A stretch of DNA of 64,000 nt from Patescibacteria group bacterium (GTDB lineage Bacteria > Patescibacteriota > Microgenomatia > UBA12405), in NCBI GenBank assembly GCA_018902845.1, contig JAHIPV010000007.1, positions 6,989 to 70,988 of the forward strand, written 5' to 3'. Below, one piece after another: positions 43,372 through 51,507 of this stretch (position 1 is the first letter of the stretch; each line of letters opens with the position of its first letter). Made by a program: the position numbers and the translations under genes. The notes beneath the pieces are model-generated. The model made no database searches, was not told where the DNA came from, and saw nothing but the letters and a program-made list of their open reading frames with translations.

Positions 43372-45630
43372 TTACTTTAGTTTTCTATTTTCGGCCCAGT
43401 GGACGGTTTGGCGAGTGGATTGGATGGCATCTGGTGAAACCGAAATGCTGGTTACTCCCCATTTGACTAATTTTTCGACTAGGCTTGGATAATTACTCGG
43501 AGCTTGTCCGCAAATTGAGCTGGTAATTCCTCTTTTTTTGGCAGTTGTGATGGCTCTTTTAAGCATCCAAATAACGGCTGGATCAAGTTCGTTAAAATCT
43601 TTGGCCACTTCTGAATTATCTCTGTCTAATCCCAGAGTCAACATAGTTAGGTCATTACTGCCTATGGAAATTCCGTCTATACCGACATCAATAAATTTAT
43701 TTAATAAAATAACATTGCTTGGTATTTCTACCATCATAAGCAGTTTAAAACTGGGTGATCTAAGAAGCCCGTTAGTTGCAATTATTTTTTTGACCTCAAC
43801 CAGTTCTTGGACAGTACGGACAAAGGGAATCATTAGCCATAGATTTTTGAAACCTAGCTTGTTTCTGACTTTTTTTATAGCAGTTAATTCCATTTCAAAA
43901 ACATCCGGTGAGGTGATGTAGCGACCGGCTCCTCTATAGCCAAGCATGGGATTGGATTCTTCCGGTTCATATGATTTACCCCATTTAAGATGGCGGTATT
44001 CATTAGTTTTAAAATCAGTGGCTCGGTAAATTACCGGTCTGGGAGAAAAGTGTTTACAAAAAGTACCAATATCTTTAGCCAGTTTATTGATGTAGATGGA
44101 TTGTTTTTTTGTTGCGATAATATGTTTGGGGTGGATGCCGATGTTAGCAATCATGAATTCGGCTCGAAGTAGTCCGACGCCGTCAACATGTCGTAGGGAT
44201 ATATCTTTGGCCAGATCCGGTTCTCCTAAGTTTACATAAATTTTAGTAGCGGTTTTGATGTTGGTAAATTGGTCTTTTGGGATGTCGGTGATTGATGGGA
44301 CCAGGTTGCCAAACCAGATTTTTCCGGTTGATCCGTCCAGGGTGACAATATCGCCATTTTTGAGTTTTTTGGTAGCGATTTTGGCGCCAACAACACAGGG
44401 TGTGCCCAGTTCTCGAGAGACAATAGCGGCGTGTGATGTTTGTCCGCCTTTATCAGTAATAATGCCGTTGGCTTTTTTCATGGCTGGGACAAAGTCTGGA
44501 GAAGTCATGGGAGAAACGAGAATATCTCCTTTTTTGATCTTGGAAATATTTTTGGCAGTTTTTAATATAACGACTTTGCCTGATGTAATTCCGGGGCTGG
44601 CGGCATCGCCCAAAATATCCTCCGGAATGGTGATTTGAGTTTTGTCTATTTTTTGGTTGAGTGTAGTAATTGGTCTGGTTTGAACAATGTATATTTTTCC
44701 TTTTTCTATGGCAAATTCTATGTCTTGGGCTTTGGCATAATGGTTGTGTAACTTTTGGCCGATTTTGGCGATTTTGATGGCAGTTTTATCGTTTATTTTG
44801 ATGTGGTTTTGTTTGTATTTTGGAACTTTGACTTCTTTAGTTTCGTTTTTAGATTTGATCAGTTGGATTTTTTGAATGGATTTTATAAATGATTCTATTG
44901 TCCAGCTATGTTTGTTTATTATGTATTGTTCCGGGGTGACTTTTCCCTGGACTATGTACTCCCCCAGTCCCCAAACCGATTCGACTATGATTTGAGTTTT
45001 TTCGTTGCTAACCGGATTAACAGTGAACATAACACCCGAAATATCAGCTTGAACCATTTTTTGAACGGGGACGGCAATACCAACCTTGAAATGATTAAAG
45101 TGTTTATTTTCTCTATAAAAAATAGCCCTAGGGGTAAATAACGATGACCAGCAGGCTTGGACTCTTTTTACGACATTAGCTTCGCCAACAACATTTAGAA
45201 AAGTGTCTTGTTGGCCGGCAAAAGAAGCGTCGGGAAGATCTTCGGCGGTGGCAGAGGATCTGACTGCTACCGGTACATTAGTAAGTCCGCCGTGTTTAGA
45301 AAGTTTTTTGTAAGCTTTCATAATATCTATAGCAATATCATCCGGCATGGAGCTGTTTTTTATTATTTTTCTTATTTTTTTAGAAGCTGAGAGGAGTTCG
45401 TCTGGGTTGCCTGTATTAGCGCTTTTGAGGATTTTTTTGATCTGATCCATTAGATTGTTTTCTTTAATGAATTTAAAATAGGCCTGAGCGGTGACAACAA
45501 AACCATTGGGAACCGGGATTTTGATTTTATACATTTCGCCTAAATTAGCGCCTTTACCACCAACATAATCCAAATCATTATGATCAATGTCTTTAAACCA
45601 TAATATGTTGGGAGCAGTTTTAGTTTTCAT
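43372..45630 (-). CDS. ppsA: phosphoenolpyruvate synthase (pyruvate, water dikinase)
   Basis: PEP-utilising enzyme motifs: ATP-grasp N-domain, GGQTSHAAIVSRELGTPCVVG phospho-His domain, C-terminal PEP-binding TIM barrel. Confidence 0.8.
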   Translation of the reverse strand: MKTKTAPNILWFKDIDHNDLDYVGGKGANLGEMYKIKIPVPNGFVVTAQAYFKFIKENNLMDQIKKILKSANTGNPDELLSASKKIRKIIKNSSMPDDIAIDIMKAYKKLSKHGGLTNVPVAVRSSATAEDLPDASFAGQQDTFLNVVGEANVVKRVQACWSSLFTPRAIFYRENKHFNHFKVGIAVPVQKMVQADISGVMFTVNPVSNEKTQIIVESVWGLGEYIVQGKVTPEQYIINKHSWTIESFIKSIQKIQLIKSKNETKEVKVPKYKQNHIKINDKTAIKIAKIGQKLHNHYAKAQDIEFAIEKGKIYIVQTRPITTLNQKIDKTQITIPEDILGDAASPGITSGKVVILKTAKNISKIKKGDILVSPMTSPDFVPAMKKANGIITDKGGQTSHAAIVSRELGTPCVVGAKIATKKLKNGDIVTLDGSTGKIWFGNLVPSITDIPKDQFTNIKTATKIYVNLGEPDLAKDISLRHVDGVGLLRAEFMIANIGIHPKHIIATKKQSIYINKLAKDIGTFCKHFSPRPVIYRATDFKTNEYRHLKWGKSYEPEESNPMLGYRGAGRYITSPDVFEMELTAIKKVRNKLGFKNLWLMIPFVRTVQELVEVKKIIATNGLLRSPSFKLLMMVEIPSNVILLNKFIDVGIDGISIGSNDLTMLTLGLDRDNSEVAKDFNELDPAVIWMLKRAITTAKKRGITSSICGQAPSNYPSLVEKLVKWGVTSISVSPDAIQSTRQTVHWAENRKLK

Positions 45631-46075
45631 TTTGTGTCCATCCCCTGTTGGGTAAATTTCTAATTTGTTGAGTTTCGGTAGGACGACCGTAATCGTCTTC
45701 CAGCCTGACGGTGTTGCCTATTTCTGAAGTGGAACTTTCTATCGTGACCGAATTAGACAAAGTTTCAAGTCTGTGAATGAGATTTGGGGTTATGGTGTAA
45801 CCTTGATTTGGCTTCATAGGAATTTTTTTTAGATTATCTTTGTTTTTTCCAACTATGAGATTAGCTTGTCCACTTAGTAGAGTGAGTGTTTCTGTTTTTT
45901 GGTCGTGATATTGAAGTGACCACCGATGCCCTTTTTGAGTGAAAGCTATTTTTGATGTATATGGTGAGTCTTTAGGTGTGAGGATGATTTCAAATCCATA
46001 TGGTTTGATTACTTTTGAAAATATTGGAGTCATTAATTTACTGTAGCAGATTAATGATGACTCTTTCCAGGGCAA
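45620..46075 (-). CDS. cupin-domain protein (mannose-6-phosphate isomerase type II C-terminal-like)
   Basis: HRWSLQYH...E cupin metal-binding motif. Confidence 0.4.
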   Translation of the reverse strand: MPWKESSLICYSKLMTPIFSKVIKPYGFEIILTPKDSPYTSKIAFTQKGHRWSLQYHDQKTETLTLLSGQANLIVGKNKDNLKKIPMKPNQGYTITPNLIHRLETLSNSVTIESSTSEIGNTVRLEDDYGRPTETQQIRNLPNRGWTQNEN

Positions 46076-46655
46076 TTTCTTCTGAGATCGAAAGTCTGCC
46101 TGTTTTGTTTTTGTAATCGAGTTCTATAAGGTATAGATATGCTTTTTTGAGTTTGTTTTGGTCTAGGCTGGAATAAGTTTGTAGCTGTTTTCTTAAATTG
46201 TTTTTAATGAAATAAAGCAAGAGTTCAAATGGTTCGTTTTTGATTGTTTGGCGATAAAGACTAATGAATTGTTTTAGGTTATTTGCTTTGATTGAGTAAA
46301 CACAAGCAAAAAGAGTTTTGCTGGCTGTAAAATAATTAACTTGCGAATGTGGAAAGTTTTTGAGTTGGGTTGGAGTTAGTTTTTTGTTTTGCCATATAAA
46401 AATATGTTCTTGGCAGTTTTTTAGAATATGACTGATTTTATCCAGAGTGCTTTTGTGAATAGAAAAAAAGTTGCTAAGAACAAGTATTTTTGGGTTTTCA
46501 AAAAAAGAGGTGGTGTTGAGAAAATTGTTGATTTTTTCCAGTTCGATTTCTTTTTTGTCTAATCTAAGAAAGTTGGTACTGTTAAGTTTTTCTATTGCTT
46601 TGTTAAGTTCCTGACGGCTTTGTTGTTGATTCTCTCCGTGAAAAATATAGATCAT
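46038..46655 (-). CDS. holA: DNA polymerase III delta subunit-like protein (short)
   Basis: N-terminus MIYIFHGENQQQ... style of HolA; weak. Confidence 0.35.
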   Translation of the reverse strand: MIYIFHGENQQQSRQELNKAIEKLNSTNFLRLDKKEIELEKINNFLNTTSFFENPKILVLSNFFSIHKSTLDKISHILKNCQEHIFIWQNKKLTPTQLKNFPHSQVNYFTASKTLFACVYSIKANNLKQFISLYRQTIKNEPFELLLYFIKNNLRKQLQTYSSLDQNKLKKAYLYLIELDYKNKTGRLSISEEIALERVIINLLQ

Positions 46656-46679
46656 TAATTTTTATTTTAGCCGAAATTT

Positions 46680-46847
46680 GATAGAATTGCTGGATTGCTG
46701 GCCCTCACCCTCGGGTGACCACCTTGTGGGTGGCATTTTGGTGGTTAGGACGCCAGGCTTTTCACCCACGGGGTGATCACCCAAAGGGTGGCATCCTAGA
46801 TGTTGTTTTCAAGTATAGTTTATGTGTTGCTTAAAATAATAATTTTA
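46680..46847 (+). repeat. partial tRNA-Glu 5' copy (ggtggttaggacgccaggctttTCAcc) embedded in palindromic hairpins upstream of intact tRNA-Glu
   Basis: ttggtggttaggacgccaggcttttcacc is identical to positions ~12-38 of the downstream tRNA-Glu; flanked by caccctcgggtg / cacccacggggtg palindromes. Confidence 0.6.
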
Positions 46848-46922
46848 GGCCCCATCGTCTAGTGGTTAGGACGCCAGGCTTTCATCCTGGCAACCGGGGT
46901 TCGATTCCCCGTGGGGTCACCA
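46848..46922 (+). tRNA. tRNA-Glu (anticodon TTC), CCA encoded
   Basis: ggccccatcgtctagtggttaggacgccaggctTTCatcctggcaaccggggttcgattccccgtggggtcacca. Confidence 0.85.
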
Positions 46923-48420
46923 GCAGAGAAAAATCGTTTTCGGTTTTCGGAGCGCAGGCCGCGCGCCCGTTCGTGGCCAGCGTAGCATAGGCAAAATTCA
47001 AATTCAAAAAAAGTCGTTTATCCAATAAAGTGAAGTTCGAGCCAATATTTTTTAAGATAGGACGAAGTTCATTTAATGCAGATTTTTTATGCGCGATTTT
47101 ATGCGCTAGAATAGTGCATCTTAAAAATTCTTTTAGAGGTTCGAGCCAACTCGAACCCTTGTGTTGAATTTGTTTGATTTTCTCTTCCAGTTTTTGTTTT
47201 TGCTCAAATAGATTGTTTTGTTTAGTTTGATAAATGCTTTTGTCTAAATTGTCTTCAAGAAAAAGATCAAGCAGTTTAGAAAGTTTTTGATCAATTGCAG
47301 ATAACCGGTTGGTTGCTGTTTTTAATTTTGCTTTTACTTTGCTTTTTTCTTCATCCATCTTTTCTTTAATCCAAGTGTTGATGTATGGTTTCCAGTTTGG
47401 ATGAAGGGAACAGGACTTAATGGTTTGGCGGAGTTGGGATACCAGATTAGTTTGAGAAAGATACTTTTGGGAGCAAACTCCTTTCTTTTTGGTACAGCGA
47501 TAGTAAACATATTTTGCGACACGATTAGTTCCCTTGTAATACTTGATATGTTGTTCGGCTGTAATACCAGCCCCGCACTCACCACAAGTAGCCAAACCAG
47601 TAAAAAAAGCAAAATGAAGCCCCTGTGTCCTTGCTCTGCTTTTTCTTTCCAGTACCTTTTGCACCCGGTCAAAAAGTTTTTTATTGATAAAGCATTGATG
47701 ATTACCTTTGTGTAATTCACCTTTGTAAGTGAGAATACCAATGTAAAATTTATTGCTTAATATTCTTCTGATTTGATTAATGGATACAGGTTGTCCGTTT
47801 CCTTTTGTAATCCCCTGCTCTGCCATAAAAAGAGAAAGTTGAGTAAAAGAATATTTATCTGTTGAAAACAAATGAAATGCTTTAGAAATAATTTTTGATT
47901 TGGTTAAGTCAATTTCTATTGTTTTGTTTTGTCGATTGTTGAGATAACCATAAGGCGCTTTTCCCGGCCACTCTCCCCTTCTGATCTTTTGTCTCATGCC
48001 TCTTTTTACATTTTGACTTAGATTGTCGATGTAATACTTGCTCTGGCTAAAAGCGATGTTGAGCATGAATTTGCCTTGAGGGGTATTTTGAAACCAGAAG
48101 GCAGGAAACTTGAGATCAAGTAATAATTTTCTATCTAAAAGATAGACAATTCGACCACCATCTATGGAATTTCTAGCCAAACGATCGGGATGCCATGACA
48201 GTATTCCATTGGCTGTTCCCTGCTCTATCTTTTCCAGTACTTGATCAAACTTTTCTCTACCCGGTTGTTTGGCTGTTTTAGATTCAGTGACAATATCAAC
48301 AATAGTTAATCTTTCCCGAATGGCAAATTCTTTTAACTCGGCAATCTGACTTTCAATTGACAAAAGCTGCTTGTTCTTTTCGTCTGTTGATTTTCTACAA
48401 TAAACAATATATTTGAGCAT
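46882..48420 (-). CDS. large serine recombinase (resolvase/integrase family)
   Basis: N-terminal resolvase catalytic domain (YCRKSTDEKNKQLLSIESQ ... Ser nucleophile), recombinase domain, Zn-ribbon (CGECGAG...YYRC), coiled coil. The last ~45 codons of the ORF track read through the left TIR and the antisense of tRNA-Glu, so the true stop may be earlier. Confidence 0.8.
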   Translation of the reverse strand: MLKYIVYCRKSTDEKNKQLLSIESQIAELKEFAIRERLTIVDIVTESKTAKQPGREKFDQVLEKIEQGTANGILSWHPDRLARNSIDGGRIVYLLDRKLLLDLKFPAFWFQNTPQGKFMLNIAFSQSKYYIDNLSQNVKRGMRQKIRRGEWPGKAPYGYLNNRQNKTIEIDLTKSKIISKAFHLFSTDKYSFTQLSLFMAEQGITKGNGQPVSINQIRRILSNKFYIGILTYKGELHKGNHQCFINKKLFDRVQKVLERKSRARTQGLHFAFFTGLATCGECGAGITAEQHIKYYKGTNRVAKYVYYRCTKKKGVCSQKYLSQTNLVSQLRQTIKSCSLHPNWKPYINTWIKEKMDEEKSKVKAKLKTATNRLSAIDQKLSKLLDLFLEDNLDKSIYQTKQNNLFEQKQKLEEKIKQIQHKGSSWLEPLKEFLRCTILAHKIAHKKSALNELRPILKNIGSNFTLLDKRLFLNLNFAYATLATNGRAACAPKTENDFSLLVTPRGIEPRLPG

Positions 48421-48576
48421 TAGAATTGATTTTCAAAATTTTTGCGTTTTTCTTTATTGTAGCTGATTAATAAACGACTTTTTTTGAATTTGAATTTTGC
48501 CTATGCTACGCTGGCCGCGAATGGGCGGGCGGCCTGCGCTCCGAAAACCGAAAACGATTTTTCTCTGCTGGTGAGC
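46917..48576. mobile_element. serine-recombinase element bounded by ~103-bp near-perfect terminal inverted repeats, abutting the 3' end of tRNA-Glu
   Basis: 46917-47019 (tcaccagcagagaaaaatcgttttcggttttcggagcgcaggccgc...aaaaaagtcgttt) equals the reverse complement of 48474-48576 with ~4 mismatches; the left outer end is the tRNA-Glu 3' terminus. Confidence 0.7.
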
Positions 48577-48760
48577 GATTTGGAAAAAGTTCGAATCCAC
48601 CTCGGGCGGACAGGCTATTTTTTATGAATTATTAAGCTTCCTCCTTCGCCAAGGCTTCGGAAGGACGAAGTCGCTTGGGGGCGGTGACCGCATCCACCGC
48701 CCCCATAGTTTATCCTGAAATTTCTGAAGGACTCCGCCTACTGCCTTTCAGAAATATTGG
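48571..48760. repeat. left arm of large imperfect inverted repeat (partner 55420-55545) with internal hairpin mini-indels
   Basis: The reverse complement of 48665-48742 is identical to 55421-55497 over ~78 bp. Additional matching blocks (taataattcataaaaaat; cgaactttttccaaatcgctcac) are separated by 23-35-bp palindromic indels. Confidence 0.75.
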
Positions 48761-48803
48761 CTTGAACTTAAAAACGCAAAAATTTTGAATGTCTTATAAT
48801 AAG

Positions 48804-49211
48804 TTATTGGTCGTTTAGTTTTTTTATAATTTTTAAAACAACAGTTTTTAAAGATCGTTTTATTTCGTGTTCCCAAATCCTAATAATTTGCCAATTTGTC
48901 TTTTTATAATGCAAGTTAACTTCTTTATCTCGTTTTTTATTTTGTTCCAGTTTCTTTTTCCAAAAAATTATTTTTGTGGAAGGGGCTCTATAATGCTTGG
49001 GGCATCCATGCCAAAAACAAGAATCTACAAAAATCACTGTTTTATATTTTGCCAAAACCAAGTCGGGGTTCCCAAAGTTTTTTTTGACATTTTTTCTGTA
49101 ACGTATTCCTTTTTTCCAAAGAGCCTTTCTTAAAACAATTTCTATTTGACTGTCTTTCTCTTTAACTTTGGACATTATTTCGCTTCTTTTCTTTTTGGAA
49201 AACTTATCCAT
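48804..49211 (-). CDS. vsr: very-short-patch-repair endonuclease (Vsr)
   Basis: ...FVDSCFWHGCPKHY... Vsr catalytic/Zn motif; 135 aa; adjacent to C5-MTase. Confidence 0.75.
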   Translation of the reverse strand: MDKFSKKKRSEIMSKVKEKDSQIEIVLRKALWKKGIRYRKNVKKNFGNPDLVLAKYKTVIFVDSCFWHGCPKHYRAPSTKIIFWKKKLEQNKKRDKEVNLHYKKTNWQIIRIWEHEIKRSLKTVVLKIIKKLNDQ

Positions 49212-49213
49212 GT

Positions 49214-50299
49214 TTATTTTAAAAATCGTACCTGAAGATTCAATTTGATGAATTGATCTCCATCTTTTTCGTAAACAAAACCGAATCTGTGTCGACCGGT
49301 ACTGGCGGTTTCCAGTTTGGTATTATTGAAAAGATAATTTTGAAATTCGTCTCTGTTGTAAAGATGGTAGCAAACAAGTTCTCCGTTTTCTTTTACGATA
49401 ATATAACCGCCTTTCGCTTTGGTCAATCCGTCCCACTTTCCTTTCGGGGTCATACCAAGAGCAACGGCGCAAAGAAACTGTTTAATTTTATAAGAGAAAT
49501 CATTTTTGGAAAGATCGAATTTTTCTTTAAGAATCATCTTTTTATTCAAATATTCGACCAATTCGGAAACTGTTCTGCCGTTTCCTTGATAAAAAGCTTT
49601 TATGATCTCGGCCATCATTTCAGGAAATGAGGTGTCAATCATTTTCATATTTTTTTGAAATCCCATTTGGTCAGTCTTGTAAAATTCGATGTGCTTGGAT
49701 CCTTTTTCGATCTTGAGAATTCTATCTCTGACTTTTGATGCTCCCTTGATGGTGTTGATTTTGTTTTTATTGACATTTCCATTCGATATTTTGTAAACAA
49801 AATTTGTGGTACCCGAAGCGTTGAGTAAAGTAGAGGGAGAACCAAGCATTGATTTAATACTGAAACCCAAGCGAGGAGTTGTGGGAGAAATGCTGTCATG
49901 GACCATTAAAATCAAGTCTTCTTTTTTGTTGTTTCCCGCTTTTATGCGAGAACAACGTAACGGCTTCATTGTTTCCTCGGCTAAAGAAATTTGGAAAGTA
50001 CGCGAGGACGAGTTTTTCATTTCTTCAAAAATTTTCTTTACTCTTTTTTTAACAAAAGTTTTTTTTACAATTCCCAATCGTTTGTTTTTCTCGTCATAAA
50101 TTTCAATATTGTTTCGGGTTTTGGAAATATCATATATTTTTTTACCGATCTTTGGTTCGTCTCTTATAACCTTCAAGACAATGAAATATTTTTCGGCAAT
50201 TTTTTTAAGATCGGAATCGGCGGCAAACAATTTACCATCCGTCAGTATCTTAAAAAAGGTGTAAAGTTCGCTCCATTCTCCCTTATTTCCCGTCAGCAT
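49214..50299 (-). CDS. type II restriction endonuclease (partner of the C5-MTase; possibly HpaII-like family)
   Basis: Gene position in MTase-REase-Vsr operon, 17-nt overlap with MTase; size 361 aa similar to R.HpaII; family assignment is inference. Confidence 0.45.
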   Translation of the reverse strand: MLTGNKGEWSELYTFFKILTDGKLFAADSDLKKIAEKYFIVLKVIRDEPKIGKKIYDISKTRNNIEIYDEKNKRLGIVKKTFVKKRVKKIFEEMKNSSSRTFQISLAEETMKPLRCSRIKAGNNKKEDLILMVHDSISPTTPRLGFSIKSMLGSPSTLLNASGTTNFVYKISNGNVNKNKINTIKGASKVRDRILKIEKGSKHIEFYKTDQMGFQKNMKMIDTSFPEMMAEIIKAFYQGNGRTVSELVEYLNKKMILKEKFDLSKNDFSYKIKQFLCAVALGMTPKGKWDGLTKAKGGYIIVKENGELVCYHLYNRDEFQNYLFNNTKLETASTGRHRFGFVYEKDGDQFIKLNLQVRFLK

Positions 50300-51236
50300 A
50301 TTTGTTTAGTGAATCAGTAATTTGTTTGGCAACCGCTTTTATGGCATTTACAGCGACCGAATTACCGAGTTGCTTCATCGCTTGAGCTTCTGAAACCGGA
50401 AACTCAAAGTTTTCGGGGAGCCCCATCATTTTTCGGCCTTCTTTCGAGGTTAGCTTTCTTATTTTACCGCTAACATGATAAGAATCCCAATTACGACGAT
50501 CATTTATTCCAGAACCTCTTCCTCCGACCCTAAGAGTGTAACCAATTTTTTTATCGCACTTGTCGCCCCAAACATCAGACATGGTCATGGTCAGTTTGAC
50601 GGGTTTCGGAAACTCAAAAGGAATACTTTTGTCTTTGAAACCGACCATAAAAAGTCTGGCTCTGTGTTGAGGTAAATTGAAATCGGAGGCTCTTACAATT
50701 TTATGAAAAAAAGAATAACCCAAGTCATCTTCCAATGTTTTTTTAATGATTGAGAAGGTTCTTCCATTGTCATGTTTTAACAAGTGGCTTACATTTTCCA
50801 AAAAATACGCTTTCGGTTTTTTCGCTTTTATAATACGAGCGATGTTGTCAAACAGTGTTCCGCGCGGATCGGCGAACCCTTTTTTATATCCGGCATGACT
50901 AAACGGTTGACAGGGAAAACCTGCCGTTAAGATATCAAAATCCGGGATTTGTTTTTCTTTGACTTTTTTTATGTCTCCGGCAAAGTTTCCGTTTGTAAAA
51001 ATTTCAGGATCGATTTTGGAAAAATTTTGTTGATAAGTTTTTCTGGCATGTTTATCCCACTCGCTGACAAAAACACATTTTGCCCCAGCTGAATTGAAAG
51101 CCAAATGAAAACCGCCAATTCCGGCGAACAGGTCGATAAATGTCAGTTGGTTTTTATTTTTTGCGGTCATATTCTTAGAGTTTAAACCAAAATTGTCCAA
51201 CAGTGTCAGTGGCGGTAAACCAAATGCAACATTCAT
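50283..51236 (-). CDS. DNA (cytosine-5)-methyltransferase
   Basis: Motif I DLFAGIGGF, motif IV GFPCQPFS, motif VI ENVSHL, later QLGNSVAV (motif X). Confidence 0.85.
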   Translation of the reverse strand: MNVAFGLPPLTLLDNFGLNSKNMTAKNKNQLTFIDLFAGIGGFHLAFNSAGAKCVFVSEWDKHARKTYQQNFSKIDPEIFTNGNFAGDIKKVKEKQIPDFDILTAGFPCQPFSHAGYKKGFADPRGTLFDNIARIIKAKKPKAYFLENVSHLLKHDNGRTFSIIKKTLEDDLGYSFFHKIVRASDFNLPQHRARLFMVGFKDKSIPFEFPKPVKLTMTMSDVWGDKCDKKIGYTLRVGGRGSGINDRRNWDSYHVSGKIRKLTSKEGRKMMGLPENFEFPVSEAQAMKQLGNSVAVNAIKAVAKQITDSLNKYADGK

Positions 51237-51507
51237 TCAGTTTATTTATTATACTCAAAAAAATAATTTCTTCTCATACCAATCAAGTCGAATCGTTGTG
51301 CTATAATCAGCATAACCCAAAGAAAACCCGAAAGTAAAGACCCAAAAAACATTGTCTTGGGGCGGGTTTGAGTTTTTTGATAAAGTTATAATCCTAAAAA
51401 AATTAAAATCATGGATGTTGCAATAAAATTTAACCTGTTTCGTCATATTGTATTTTTAGTTGGAATTTATATAATTTGGTTGCTATTGATAATGGGTAGT
51501 TTTTTTT

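Noticed and set aside
46680-46850. Possible additional tRNA gene upstream of tRNA-Glu
   Set aside because: Only a ~28-nt internal tRNA-Glu fragment is present, interrupted by palindromes; no acceptor or T-arm; treated as a pseudo-tRNA fragment, not a gene.
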